From Planctomycetota bacterium (GTDB lineage: Bacteria; Planctomycetota; Planctomycetia; Pirellulales; UBA1268): a DNA stretch of 64,000 nucleotides. Under the pieces are notes generated by a model. It had not been told where the DNA came from, ran no database searches, and was given only the letters and a program-made list of their open reading frames with translations. The translations under genes and the position numbers were made by a program. Shown piece by piece: positions 47,325-57,412 of the stretch (the first letter of the stretch is position 1; the number at the start of each line of letters is the position of its first letter). The DNA lies in NCBI GenBank assembly GCA_037133115.1, contig JBAXOU010000001.1, positions 5,888 to 69,887 on the forward strand, written 5' to 3'.

Positions 47325-47744
47325 CTACTTGTTGGTGATGTCGATGTCGAACACGTTTGGCTTGCCCGAGACCACCTGAAAGCTGAGCGGGGACGAATCC
47401 CCGGCATACTCAGTTGGAATCCGCGCGCCTTTGCCATCTTCGGAGTCCAACCGGACCTTCACCACGTACTTTCCCGCCGCGGCGCCGACTTTCCTGCCGA
47501 GCCCGACTCGGGCCAGGCGGTAGACGCCGTCAGCATCCGTCGTGCCGATCGCCCTGGGCAACTCCTTCACCTCGGGCTGAAAGATCACCATGATGCTCTT
47601 GGCGGGCTTCCCATCCACGATCACCTTGCCCGTGACGTCGGTGATGCCCAGCCACCATTCGCCGCAGCCCGCAAGGCACGGCAGCATGATCGCCATGGCA
47701 ACGGCTGCGATTCGAGTTTGCTGACGCATAACTCCCGCACTCAT
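47325..47744 (-). CDS. Lipoprotein, carboxypeptidase-regulatory-like beta-sandwich (DUF1559 partner)
   Basis: Lipobox LAGC|G. VTGKVIVDGKPAKSIMVIF...TTDADGVYRL...GKYVVKV...NVFDIDITNK. Paralogue of the 48905 protein. ATGA overlap with the upstream DUF1559 stop. Confidence 0.8.
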   Translation of the reverse strand: MSAGVMRQQTRIAAVAMAIMLPCLAGCGEWWLGITDVTGKVIVDGKPAKSIMVIFQPEVKELPRAIGTTDADGVYRLARVGLGRKVGAAAGKYVVKVRLDSEDGKGARIPTEYAGDSSPLSFQVVSGKPNVFDIDITNK

Positions 47745-48832
47745 GGCCTGGTCCCCCGACCGTCGTTCCGCAGCCCCAAACCATAGAGCACAAGATCATC
47801 CGTGTTCTCCGAGACAAACGTCACGGAGCCATCAGAAAAAAGGAACTGCGCTCCACCACTGTGGAAACTGTTCCAGTACTTGCCGTTCTGGGCTGTGGTG
47901 CTGAAGAAGTTGATCGTGCTCGGCACGATGCTGGTGACGGCACCATAGGGCGGGTTTGTGGCCACGCGGGCATAGCACCGCTGGGCCCCGCCGATGCTGT
48001 TGCCAGAGCCGGTGCGACCGTTTCCAGCCCAGACTGCCGCGAGACTGCCCTGGAAGTTTGCGGCCGCGGCGGCCGACGCCGCTCCGCACCGTTCTCCGAT
48101 CAGGAGGGTCTTGCTCATGCCGTCGGAAAAATCCTTGATCTTCAGCCCAAGCATGCCGGCTCCAGTCGCGAGTGGACCAGACTTCGCGCTCCCCACGATC
48201 TTCGGCCAGCCGAAGAGCGCTCCACCGGGGTCGCCATCGGTATCGGGCCCGGGCACCGCCGCCGACGGGCTCGTCGTCGTGGTCGGACTGTAATCGCCGC
48301 AGCTGGCCACGTAGTTGCTGGTGGCTAGAGCTGGATCGGAGCCCGTCGCACACGCCAGGTAGATGTTCGACGCGCTTCCGAAATCGCAGAGCTTGTTGAG
48401 GTCCTCCGTGATGTCCGACGGACAGCGATACATCGAAACCTTCGTCTGGAGAGCCGCCCCGACGGTTGAACCGCCGGACTTCAGCATGTTGACGGCGGTG
48501 GTGAGGGCGTTCGTCGACGGCGAGAGCGTGTCGTACAGCGTGCCGAGTTCCGCATACGGCATGATGAACACGCCCCAGCCCCAGCAACAATCCCCTTGGC
48601 TGCCCAGGTTGGTGGTGTGCTGATGACCAGACGGCAGCCGCCTCTTCGAACTCTCGTGGGTGAGCACCGCCAGCCCGATCTGCTTGAGGTTATTCGAGCA
48701 GGCGCTGCGGCGAGCCGCCTCGCGGGCCGTCTGCACGGCCGGCAGCAAGAGGCCGATCAGCGTGGCGATGATCGCGATCACCACCAGCAGTTCGACCAAC
48801 GTAAACCCGCGACGCCGTAGGGGAGATGCCAT
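47741..48832 (-). CDS. DUF1559 / H-X9-DG pseudopilin-like protein (363 aa)
   Basis: [51 protein letters not shown]; FHSGGAQFLFSDGSV. Start chosen at ATG 48832 inside the tracked ORF. Confidence 0.9.
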   Translation of the reverse strand: MASPLRRRGFTLVELLVVIAIIATLIGLLLPAVQTAREAARRSACSNNLKQIGLAVLTHESSKRRLPSGHQHTTNLGSQGDCCWGWGVFIMPYAELGTLYDTLSPSTNALTTAVNMLKSGGSTVGAALQTKVSMYRCPSDITEDLNKLCDFGSASNIYLACATGSDPALATSNYVASCGDYSPTTTTSPSAAVPGPDTDGDPGGALFGWPKIVGSAKSGPLATGAGMLGLKIKDFSDGMSKTLLIGERCGAASAAAAANFQGSLAAVWAGNGRTGSGNSIGGAQRCYARVATNPPYGAVTSIVPSTINFFSTTAQNGKYWNSFHSGGAQFLFSDGSVTFVSENTDDLVLYGLGLRNDGRGTRP

Positions 48833-48904
48833 CGGAATCCTCCGCGTAAGAAAGTCGTTTTCCAGGCTACCATCGGCCGGTAAACCTGTCGCCTTCACCT
48901 GCCG

Positions 48905-49288
48905 TCACTGCTTGGTTGAGATGTCGATATCGAACACGTTGCCGCCGCCCTTCACCTCGTACGACAACGCTGAGCCGCTGGCATACGAGGCCGGCACCTT
49001 CGGGGAAGCGGGGTTGTCGGCATCAGCCATCACCTTGACAGCATAGGTGCCGACCGGCACGCCCGACTTTGCTCCCGGCCCCAGTCGGCGGACCGTGTAG
49101 CGGCCATCGCCTTCCGTCGTGGCGACACCCCGGGGAGCATCCGTCGCCCCCGGATCGAAGACCACGATCAGGCCCTTGGCCGGTTTGCCGTCCACTCGCA
49201 CCGTGCCGGAAACGTCGGCGATCCGCTGGCAGCCGGGCACCAGCAGGGCGGCGACACAGAAGAGCAGGGGGGCGAAGCGCAATCTCAT
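48905..49288 (-). CDS. Lipoprotein, carboxypeptidase-regulatory-like beta-sandwich (DUF1559 partner)
   Basis: MRLRFAPLLFCVAALLVPGC|Q lipobox. VSGTVRVDGKPAKGLIVVF...TTEGDGRYTV...GTYAVKV...NVFDIDISTKQ. AAGGAG RBS before ATG 49288. Confidence 0.8.
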   Translation of the reverse strand: MRLRFAPLLFCVAALLVPGCQRIADVSGTVRVDGKPAKGLIVVFDPGATDAPRGVATTEGDGRYTVRRLGPGAKSGVPVGTYAVKVMADADNPASPKVPASYASGSALSYEVKGGGNVFDIDISTKQ

Positions 49289-49394
49289 CGGGACGAAAAC
49301 TCCTTGATCATAAGGCACGAGCGGTGAGGCCTGATTCTGACCCAAAACCCCCGTGATTCCGACCGAAAACACACGCGAAAACGATGCACAACCC

Positions 49395-50486
49395 TCACTG
49401 TGGCATCGACGGCGTCGCCGCGTCGATGATCGGCGTCGTCATCGAACCATACGTCGTGTTGTTGCCGGCCAGCCCCTCGTCTCGCTTCGCCATCTTCTGA
49501 AGAATCGCGTAATCGCAGTTCTCGGAGATGAACATCACCGAGGCGTCGCCGAGCAGGAAGTTGGCCCCGCCGCGGTGAAAACTGTTATAGGCCTTGCCGT
49601 TGTTGGGACTCAGGAAGTCATTGATCGGCAGGCTGATCATCCTGCCGTAGCACCGTCCGGCCCCCTTCACCGATGTGCCAGAGCCCGGCCGGCCATTGCC
49701 CGCCCAGACTCCGGCAAAAGACCCCTTGCCGGAGGCGGCCGAACTGAACGCCGTGAACGAGTCGCCGCCGCACCGTTCGCCAAGAAAAATCGTCTTCGAT
49801 AGGCCGTCGGCGATGTCCTTGAGTTTCAGGCCGAGCATCGTGTCGCGACCAAGAAACGGGCCGTCGGGCGGATCGGTGCCGTCAGTCTTGCAGGTCCCGG
49901 CGTCGGGATTGTCCCAGCCGCAGTTTTCGTGAGGCGGGTTATTGCCGGATGAGGCCACATAGTTCGACGTGCCAAGCGCCGGATCGCTGCCGGTCTCACA
50001 GGCGAGGATCGACCCGCCGCCGCTCGTGCCACCAAAGTCGGCGAGGTTATTCGTCTCGGGAGTCGAGTCGGACGGGCAGCGATGCGAAGCCACTCCCGAC
50101 TTCAACGCCACTGCCGACGCACTCACGCCACCGCTCTTGAGCAGGTTGCAGGCGGTGAGCAACGTGGTGCTGGTGGGATTGAGCGCGTCGTAGGTGTTAC
50201 TGGCCTCCATGAAGGGGAAGATGAACACCGCCCAACCCCAGGCGGGGTCGCCCGCCTTGCCCGCGTACTTATGGCCCGCCGGCAAGCGCTTGCGGGCGTT
50301 CTCGAAGTTCGTGAGGCCGAGCCCCAATTGCCGCATATTGTTGGAGCAGGCGCTACGGCGGGCCGCCTCGCGGGCCGTTTGCACGGCCGGCAGCAAGAGG
50401 CCGATGAGCGTGGCGATGATCGCAATCACCACGAGGAGTTCGACAAGGGTAAAGCCGCGACGAGCGACCCGGTTGATGGCGAGCAT
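49395..50486 (-). CDS. DUF1559 / H-X9-D(A) pseudopilin-like protein (363 aa)
   Basis: [53 protein letters not shown]; [24 protein letters not shown] before ATG 50486. Confidence 0.9.
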   Translation of the reverse strand: MLAINRVARRGFTLVELLVVIAIIATLIGLLLPAVQTAREAARRSACSNNMRQLGLGLTNFENARKRLPAGHKYAGKAGDPAWGWAVFIFPFMEASNTYDALNPTSTTLLTACNLLKSGGVSASAVALKSGVASHRCPSDSTPETNNLADFGGTSGGGSILACETGSDPALGTSNYVASSGNNPPHENCGWDNPDAGTCKTDGTDPPDGPFLGRDTMLGLKLKDIADGLSKTIFLGERCGGDSFTAFSSAASGKGSFAGVWAGNGRPGSGTSVKGAGRCYGRMISLPINDFLSPNNGKAYNSFHRGGANFLLGDASVMFISENCDYAILQKMAKRDEGLAGNNTTYGSMTTPIIDAATPSMPQ

Positions 50487-50825
50487 GAGATCCTCCGCGG
50501 CCTGCCGAAAACGAAAATCGCGTGGGCTGGCGAGTTGTGTTCGCGAAACGCTGCCTGCTAACGACACCCTCACCCACACCGCCCTGATCTTAGTAGCCAA
50601 ATCTGTCACGCATCAACCCAATCATTGGCAGTTTTTACGCCGTGATTCGAATATTCCGGGATCACACCGCGAGTCGCGAACGCGTACTGCAATGGCCTTG
50701 CTTTCGTTTGCGTAAATTGGCGACCAACAGGTTGCGGCAAAACCGTCGCCGCGATTACACTCTTCTCCGCGTGGATGGCGAATGTCGCCGTCGTGCGTTT
50801 TTCGAGTTTGGGGAGGGAATCAGTC
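50487..50825. promoter_or_regulatory. Divergent intergenic control region between the DUF1559 array and the 2179-aa adhesin gene
   Basis: 339-bp gene-free stretch that looks more AT-rich than its surroundings (e.g. AATCATTGGCAGTTTTTACGCCGTGATTCGAATATTCCGGGATCAC, containing a GTGAT...ATCAC inverted repeat). No promoter motif was assigned. Confidence 0.3.
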
Positions 50826-53800
50826 ATGCGGTTTCGTACTCTGTCGCGTTTCTTCGGCCTACTGCTCGCAGCCTCGACCGGATTCGCAAACGCCGCCGAC
50901 TATTACTGGGACACAAACGGCACAACTCTCTATGGCGACGGGAATGGCATCTTCCGTCAAAGCGCCAGCGGCACGACCTGGTCCACCTCCTCATCGGGCA
51001 CAACGCCGCTCACGTTCGTGATTGCCACCAATGTTGGTGGGACGAGTTCGTTCCAGTTTGGCTTCGGCCCGGCACCAGACAACACCACCAACGCCGGCAC
51101 GGTCACGATCGGCAACAGCACCAGCACGGCGAACCAGCCCACCGTCGGAGCCCTGATCTTCAATGCCTCGGGAACGAGCGGGTACACATTCCAGAACGCC
51201 TCGGGCAACAGCAACGTCATGTCGGTGACGATCCGGGCATCGGCCACCAATTCCATCGGCTCTGGAACCGGAATCCTTGTGAATAGCAACGTCACTGGCA
51301 ACACGCAGTTCATCCGCAACCCCTTAAACACCACGGGCGCGGCCGGCATCATCCTCGGCGCGAGCCAGACCTGGACGAACAACAGCACCGCGTATTCGCT
51401 GATCGTGAACACTCCCATTACGGGGGCCTTCGCGCTCACCACCAACGGCCCCGGTGCGATCGAACTCGGCGGGGCCAACTCGTTCACGAGCCTCAATGTC
51501 TCCGCCGGCACGGTCCGCGTGACCTCGTCTGGGGCGATCCCCGCCGGTGGCGCCACCGTCGGTGCGGCAGGCACCCTCAACGTGCTCGCCGCCGTGAGCA
51601 GCAGCGTCTCGAACAGCGGCACCGTGTCGATCGGCCCCGGCGGCAACCTGACAGCCAGTTCGCTCGGTGCCGGCACACTCTCGATCGCCGGCGTCAGTGG
51701 CACCGCGGCGACGTTCACCAACAGTCTCGCGAGCGGCACGATGAACCTCGGGCCGGTCGGCATGGCGGGCAGCGCGACGATCGCGATGCCGGTTGCCGGC
51801 ACGATCGTTTCCTCAGGCGCCGTCACGCTGTCTGGGGCCGACAACCTGCTCAGCCTCTCGGGCGTCGCGGCGGCGGGCAACACCTACACGCTGCTCCAGG
51901 GCAGCAGCCTCGCGAACACTGGTGCCGTGTCGGTCACCGGTGCGGCGGTTGGCGGCCAGACGATCGCTCTCGGTAGCTCTGTCACCGTGGGGCGGAACAC
52001 CTACTCCTTCACCAGCACTGCCAACGCGCTCAAACTCGTCACCACCGGCTCCCAGGTCACGCTGACGTGGACCGGTGCGACCAACAACACCTGGGACTAC
52101 ACGACCAACAACTGGACGACCGGCTCGGGCAGCACCTACTTCGGCTCCGGCGACAATGGCCGGATCACTTCGGCCGCCGCAATCACGGTTCAATCCGGGG
52201 GTGTCGTCGCCGACGCGCTCACGGTGAGCAACGCTTCCGGAACCGCCTCGCTCACCGGGGGCTCGGTGACGGCCACCAGCCTGGTCAAGTCGGGCGCCGG
52301 TGCGTTCTCATTTGACAACGCCCTGAGCGGCGGCAACGTCACGCTGAGCGGCGGTGTCACCACCGTGAGCGGCACCGGGTCGCTCACCGCAACCACGATC
52401 GCCAACAACGCGGCGCTCGTCATCGCCTCGTCGGGTTCGCAGACCCTCGCGGCCATGTCGGGCACCGGCAGCCTCGCCTACACCGGCGGCAGCACCCTGT
52501 CGCTCACCTCCTCCAGTTCCTACAACGGCTCCGTGTCGATCGGCGCCGGAAGCACGCTTCGGGTTGCAGGCGCCGGCGTGCTCGGCTCCGGAAGCTTCAC
52601 GGGTAGCATTGCCAACGACGGCACGCTCGACCTCTCTGGCTCGGCGGCGCAGGTGCTCGCCGGCGCGATCTCCGGCGCAGGCTCGGTGACGAAGGGGGCC
52701 GCTGGCACAACGACGCTCTCGGGCAACAACTCGTACGCCGGTACAACGTCGGTGACCGCCGGCACGCTGATCCTCGGGAGCGGGTCGGCGCTCGGCAAGG
52801 CCGACGGCAGCACCACGGTGAGCGGCGGGGCTGTGCTCGATCTCAACGGGCAGTCTGTCGCTGCTGAGTCGGTAGCGCTCTCGGGCACCGGCATCTCGGC
52901 GTCCGGAGCACTTACCAACAGCAGCACGACCGCCACCGCCAGTTGGGGCGGCCCGGTGACGCTCAGTTCGGCAATAACCGGCCTCGGCGGCGTGGGCAGC
53001 ATCTCGATCGCCGGAAGCGTGGGCGGCACCGGCGGGCTCTACAAATATGGCGAGGGCACGGTCTCGCTGTCGGGCAACAACAGTTTCGCCGGTACGCTGA
53101 GCATCCTCGCCGGCAAGGTTCAGGTGGCGACTCCGGCCTCCCTGCCCAACGTCCCCCTCACATGGAGCAGCAGCGCGAGTTCCTCGACGCTCGACCTCGT
53201 GGGATCCGGCACGTATTCGATGGCCTCGATGGCCATGGGGTCGATCCTGCGGGTGACGACATCCGGCAGCGGCCAGGCCACGCTGGGGATCAGCGGTAAC
53301 AGCACGCTCGGCGGCTCGGCCAACAAGACGCTCCAGGCCGACAAGAACGTCACCGTCGTCGTCGACGGCATGATCGACCTTGCCAGCGCGTCGACCAAGG
53401 GCCGCAGCGCCCAGTTTCAGGGGGCGGGCGACATCGTTGTCAACGGCCAGGTGTTTGGCGGCGGATCGAATCAGTTCGGCATCATCAAGAACGCCGACTT
53501 CGCCGATCAGACCGGCACGCTCTACCTGAACGGCGCCAACATTTACAACGGCGTCACGCAGATCACCGGCGGCACGCTGAAGATCGGCAATGCCCAGGCG
53601 CTCGGCTCCACGGCCGCGGGCACGACGCTCAGTTCGCCCTTCTTCTCCGGCGGCACCCTCGACCTCAACGGTCAGGCGGTGGTGGACGAGACTCTCTCGA
53701 TGGACGGCACCACGGGTGACGCCGTCGATTATGGAGTCGCGCTGGTGAACAGCAGCACGACGGCGGCCAGCTGGAGCGGCAGCGTGGCCCTTTTGGCGGG

Positions 53801-56800
53801 CTCTTCGGGCATCGGCGGCCTGGGCAACATCACGGTCACCGGAAGCGTGAGCGGCTCGGGCGACCTGCGAAAGGTCGGAATCGGTAACGTGACGCTGACC
53901 AACGCGACCAACACCGGGGCGACCTTCGTGGATGAAGGCACGCTCACGCTGGGCGCGGCGAGCGTCGTCAACGCGGCTGGCGGGATCTGGGTTGCCGCGG
54001 ATTCGACGCTCAACGTGCTCGGCTCGGCGAGCGGGGACGTCGGCAACCAGGGCACGATCGCCGTCGGCCCCGGTGGCCGCCTCACGTCTCCCGACTTTGG
54101 AGGCGGCGACAACTACTACGGGGCCTTCACGCTGGCCGGCTCGGCCGGTTCGCTCGCGACGCTGTCCGACACAGGCACCAGCGGGTTCGTGAATCGGGTG
54201 GCCTCGGTGACGATGGGGGGCAACTCCCAGATCGACCTGGTCGTTGGCAGCACAATCACGGCCAGCGGTCGCGTGACGATCTCCGGCACCGGGAACCTCC
54301 TCTCGCTGTCGGGCATCGCCATCAAGGGCTCGACCTATTCGCTCCTCTCCGGCAGCAGCATCCTCAACACCGGCTCCATCGCCGCAACGGGTTCGCTCCT
54401 GGGCAACCGGACGCTGGCGCTCGGATCGTCCGGGACGATCGGTCGCAGCACCTATTCATTCACACAGAGCGGCACGGCGCTCGTGCTGGCGGTGAGTGGC
54501 TCGCAGTACAACCTCACCTGGACCGGTTCGGCCAACAGCCTCTGGAACTACTCCAGCGTCAACTGGCAGTCGGGTGTCACCGGCTATTCGTTCGATCCGG
54601 GCGACAACGCCACGATCGCCAAGGCGGCCACGATCACCGTCGATGCGGCCGGCGTCGCAGCCGACACCACCACCGTGAGCAACACCACGGGCACCGTCAG
54701 CCTCGACGGCGGCACGCTCACCACCAACTCGCTGGTCAAGTCGGCCGCCGGGCTGTTCACCGCCAACAACAACATCTCCGTCATCAACGGCGTGACGCTC
54801 TCGGGCGGCACGTTCCAGATCGGTGCCTCAGGCAGCCTGAACGGCGGCAGCTACTCCGGCCCAATCGCCAACAACGCGGCGCTCGTCTACTCGGGTTCGA
54901 GCAACCAGACGCTGGGAGGCGTTATCTCCGGGACAGGTTCGCTCACCCAGTCCGGCGCGGGCACGCTTTTCCTCACCGGCACAAGCACGTCCACCGGGAA
55001 CATCGCGATCGCCGCCGGCAGCACCCTCAAGGTCTCCGACTCGGGCGTGCTGGGCTCGGGAACGTTCCTGGGTGGGATCGCCAACGACGGCACGTTCGTC
55101 GTCTCGAGTGTGGTCAGCCAGAAGTTCGCTGGAGCGATCTCGGGGAGCGGGGCCGTGACGGTCCAAACCGGCACGGTCACACCGTCCGTGATCACGTTAT
55201 CCGGCAACAACACCTATACGGGCGCGACGACCGTTGGCTCGGGCACGCTGCAGTTGGGCAGTGCGACCGCGCTCGGCTCGGCAGCGGCCGGCACGACAGT
55301 GACTGCGGGCGGCGTGCTCGACCTCAATGGCCAGGCGGGCGTTACGGAACCGTTGTCGCTCTCGTCGAGCGGCATCGCCAATAGCGGAGCGCTCGTCAAC
55401 AGCAATACGGCGGCTGCCGCAAGCGTTGCCGGCACCGTCACGCTGAACGACACCTCCACCGGCCTCGGCGGCGACGGCAACACCAACCTCACGGGCCTCG
55501 TCACCGGCACCGGCGGGCTCACCAAGTGGGGGGAGGGCACGCTGACACTCTCCGGGTCGGCCAACTACGGTGGGGTCACGAGCATCCAGGCCGGCACGCT
55601 GCGGGTGCAAAACCCCTCCGTGCTCGTGAGCAGCACGCTCCAGAGCAGCAACAGCGCGAGCTCATCCGCCTTCGACATGGCCACGTCCGGCACCTATTCC
55701 ACCGGGTTCCTGCTCCTGGGCCAGAGCTTCCGGATTGGCACCTCGGGCACCGGCCCGGCCACGCTCGTAGCGGCGAACGGCATGCTCAACGGCAACATCG
55801 ACAAGGTGCTGGAGGTGGGAGCGAATGCGACGGTCCTCGTGTCCGGGACGTTCGATCTCCGTAATACCGGGACGGCCACCCGCAATCTCGTCGTGGGCGG
55901 GGCGGGCAACACCGTGTTCAACGGTGTGATCAGCGGCACGTCGACGACGAACCCGTCGCTCCTCTTCGGCATCCACGTCGGTGGCAGCGCCGCGACACCG
56001 GTCGGCATGACCACGCTCAACGGAGCCAACACCTACAACGGTCCCACCACCGTTTCCACCGGCACGCTCCGACTGGGCAACGCTCAGGCTCTCGGATCGA
56101 CGTCGGCCGGCACGGTCGTGACGACCTCGACGGTCAACGCGGCACTTGCGGGCGGCGTGCTCGACCTCAACGGCCAGGCGATTGTCGGCGAGTCCCTCAC
56201 GCTCAACGGCTCGGGCGGGGCGGTTTCGCTCGTCAACTCGAACTCAGGCGCTGCCGCGAGTTGGAGCACCGGCATTGCGGCGAGCGGCGCCGTCTCGATC
56301 GGCGGAGCCGGCGGCATCACGCTGCCCGGAAACGTGACCGGGGCGGCCTCAATCACGAAGATCGGCGCCGGCCGCGTGACGCTTTCAGGCAATAACACCT
56401 ACACCGGCTCAACGAACGTGGCTTCGGGCACTCTGGCAGCAGCCAGTGCCACTGCCATCCCATCCGCTTCGTCGGCCTCCGTGGCCGCAGGTGCCACACT
56501 CGACCTCGGCGGTTACGCGTCGACGCTCGGAGGGCTCTCCGGTTCCGGCAGCGTGGTGTCAGGCGGGTCGCTCACAGTCGGCGCGGGCAACGCTTCTTCG
56601 ACTTTCAACGGTGTCATCTCCGGGGCCGGCCGGCTCACGAAGGTCGGCACCGGCACGATGAGCCTTGGCGGTGCCAACACGCTCACGGGCTCGAGCACGG
56701 TGCAGGCCGGCGTGCTGCAACTCGCCAATGCCAATGCACTCTCGGCGAGCCAACTCGTCGTGGTGGCGGGCGGCACCGGGCAGGTGGCTCCCTACACGAC

Positions 56801-57365
56801 TACCAGCGTCGCAGGCCTCAACCTCTCCACCGGCAATGGTCTCATGGATGTCACGAGCGGCTTCCTCACGATCGCCGGCGGCATGACGGCCACGCAGCTC
56901 GTCGCCGAGCTCATCGAGGGCCGAGGCGACGGCTCCTGGAACGGCACGAGCGGCATCACGTCGAGCACCGCAGCAGCCGACATTGCCTCCAGCATCCCGC
57001 GAGCGGTGGGCTGGCTCGACAACGGCGACGGTTCGCTCTCGGCGGCCTTCGCCGCCCCTGGCGACACCAACATCGACTGGCAGGTCGACATCCTCGACGC
57101 CGGCAACTTCCTGACGCTCGGCAAGTACGACACCGGCCTGCCGTCGACCTGGCTGGAGGGCGACTTCAACTACGACGGCGTCGTGGACATTCAAGACGCC
57201 GCCGACTTCTTCGGCACGGGCCTCTACGACAACGGGAACTACAACGTGCCCCCGGGAGCATCTGGCATTGCCGCCGTGCCCGAGCCCTCGCAGTGGGCCC
57301 TTCTGGCCAGCTCGCTCGCGGCCGCCGCCGGCCTCGCGATCAGGTCGCGCGGATCGCGACGCTAA
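50826..57365 (+). CDS. Giant surface protein (2179 aa): autotransporter-associated beta-strand repeats, dockerin-like pair, PEP-CTERM anchor
   Basis: Signal MRFRTLSRFFGLLLAASTGFANA|AD. Dozens of G(T/S)(L/T)xLSGxNxYxGxTxVxxGTLxxG repeats. GDTNIDWQVDILDAGNF...[18 protein letters not shown]-terminal VPEPSQWALLASSLAAAAGLAIRSRGSRR. GGAGG RBS before ATG 50826. Confidence 0.9.
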   Translation: MRFRTLSRFFGLLLAASTGFANAADYYWDTNGTTLYGDGNGIFRQSASGTTWSTSSSGTTPLTFVIATNVGGTSSFQFGFGPAPDNTTNAGTVTIGNSTSTANQPTVGALIFNASGTSGYTFQNASGNSNVMSVTIRASATNSIGSGTGILVNSNVTGNTQFIRNPLNTTGAAGIILGASQTWTNNSTAYSLIVNTPITGAFALTTNGPGAIELGGANSFTSLNVSAGTVRVTSSGAIPAGGATVGAAGTLNVLAAVSSSVSNSGTVSIGPGGNLTASSLGAGTLSIAGVSGTAATFTNSLASGTMNLGPVGMAGSATIAMPVAGTIVSSGAVTLSGADNLLSLSGVAAAGNTYTLLQGSSLANTGAVSVTGAAVGGQTIALGSSVTVGRNTYSFTSTANALKLVTTGSQVTLTWTGATNNTWDYTTNNWTTGSGSTYFGSGDNGRITSAAAITVQSGGVVADALTVSNASGTASLTGGSVTATSLVKSGAGAFSFDNALSGGNVTLSGGVTTVSGTGSLTATTIANNAALVIASSGSQTLAAMSGTGSLAYTGGSTLSLTSSSSYNGSVSIGAGSTLRVAGAGVLGSGSFTGSIANDGTLDLSGSAAQVLAGAISGAGSVTKGAAGTTTLSGNNSYAGTTSVTAGTLILGSGSALGKADGSTTVSGGAVLDLNGQSVAAESVALSGTGISASGALTNSSTTATASWGGPVTLSSAITGLGGVGSISIAGSVGGTGGLYKYGEGTVSLSGNNSFAGTLSILAGKVQVATPASLPNVPLTWSSSASSSTLDLVGSGTYSMASMAMGSILRVTTSGSGQATLGISGNSTLGGSANKTLQADKNVTVVVDGMIDLASASTKGRSAQFQGAGDIVVNGQVFGGGSNQFGIIKNADFADQTGTLYLNGANIYNGVTQITGGTLKIGNAQALGSTAAGTTLSSPFFSGGTLDLNGQAVVDETLSMDGTTGDAVDYGVALVNSSTTAASWSGSVALLAGSSGIGGLGNITVTGSVSGSGDLRKVGIGNVTLTNATNTGATFVDEGTLTLGAASVVNAAGGIWVAADSTLNVLGSASGDVGNQGTIAVGPGGRLTSPDFGGGDNYYGAFTLAGSAGSLATLSDTGTSGFVNRVASVTMGGNSQIDLVVGSTITASGRVTISGTGNLLSLSGIAIKGSTYSLLSGSSILNTGSIAATGSLLGNRTLALGSSGTIGRSTYSFTQSGTALVLAVSGSQYNLTWTGSANSLWNYSSVNWQSGVTGYSFDPGDNATIAKAATITVDAAGVAADTTTVSNTTGTVSLDGGTLTTNSLVKSAAGLFTANNNISVINGVTLSGGTFQIGASGSLNGGSYSGPIANNAALVYSGSSNQTLGGVISGTGSLTQSGAGTLFLTGTSTSTGNIAIAAGSTLKVSDSGVLGSGTFLGGIANDGTFVVSSVVSQKFAGAISGSGAVTVQTGTVTPSVITLSGNNTYTGATTVGSGTLQLGSATALGSAAAGTTVTAGGVLDLNGQAGVTEPLSLSSSGIANSGALVNSNTAAAASVAGTVTLNDTSTGLGGDGNTNLTGLVTGTGGLTKWGEGTLTLSGSANYGGVTSIQAGTLRVQNPSVLVSSTLQSSNSASSSAFDMATSGTYSTGFLLLGQSFRIGTSGTGPATLVAANGMLNGNIDKVLEVGANATVLVSGTFDLRNTGTATRNLVVGGAGNTVFNGVISGTSTTNPSLLFGIHVGGSAATPVGMTTLNGANTYNGPTTVSTGTLRLGNAQALGSTSAGTVVTTSTVNAALAGGVLDLNGQAIVGESLTLNGSGGAVSLVNSNSGAAASWSTGIAASGAVSIGGAGGITLPGNVTGAASITKIGAGRVTLSGNNTYTGSTNVASGTLAAASATAIPSASSASVAAGATLDLGGYASTLGGLSGSGSVVSGGSLTVGAGNASSTFNGVISGAGRLTKVGTGTMSLGGANTLTGSSTVQAGVLQLANANALSASQLVVVAGGTGQVAPYTTTSVAGLNLSTGNGLMDVTSGFLTIAGGMTATQLVAELIEGRGDGSWNGTSGITSSTAAADIASSIPRAVGWLDNGDGSLSAAFAAPGDTNIDWQVDILDAGNFLTLGKYDTGLPSTWLEGDFNYDGVVDIQDAADFFGTGLYDNGNYNVPPGASGIAAVPEPSQWALLASSLAAAAGLAIRSRGSRR

Positions 57366-57412
57366 ACGCCGCTTCACCAAAGACATCGCCGAATCACCGC
57401 TGCCGCGGATGA

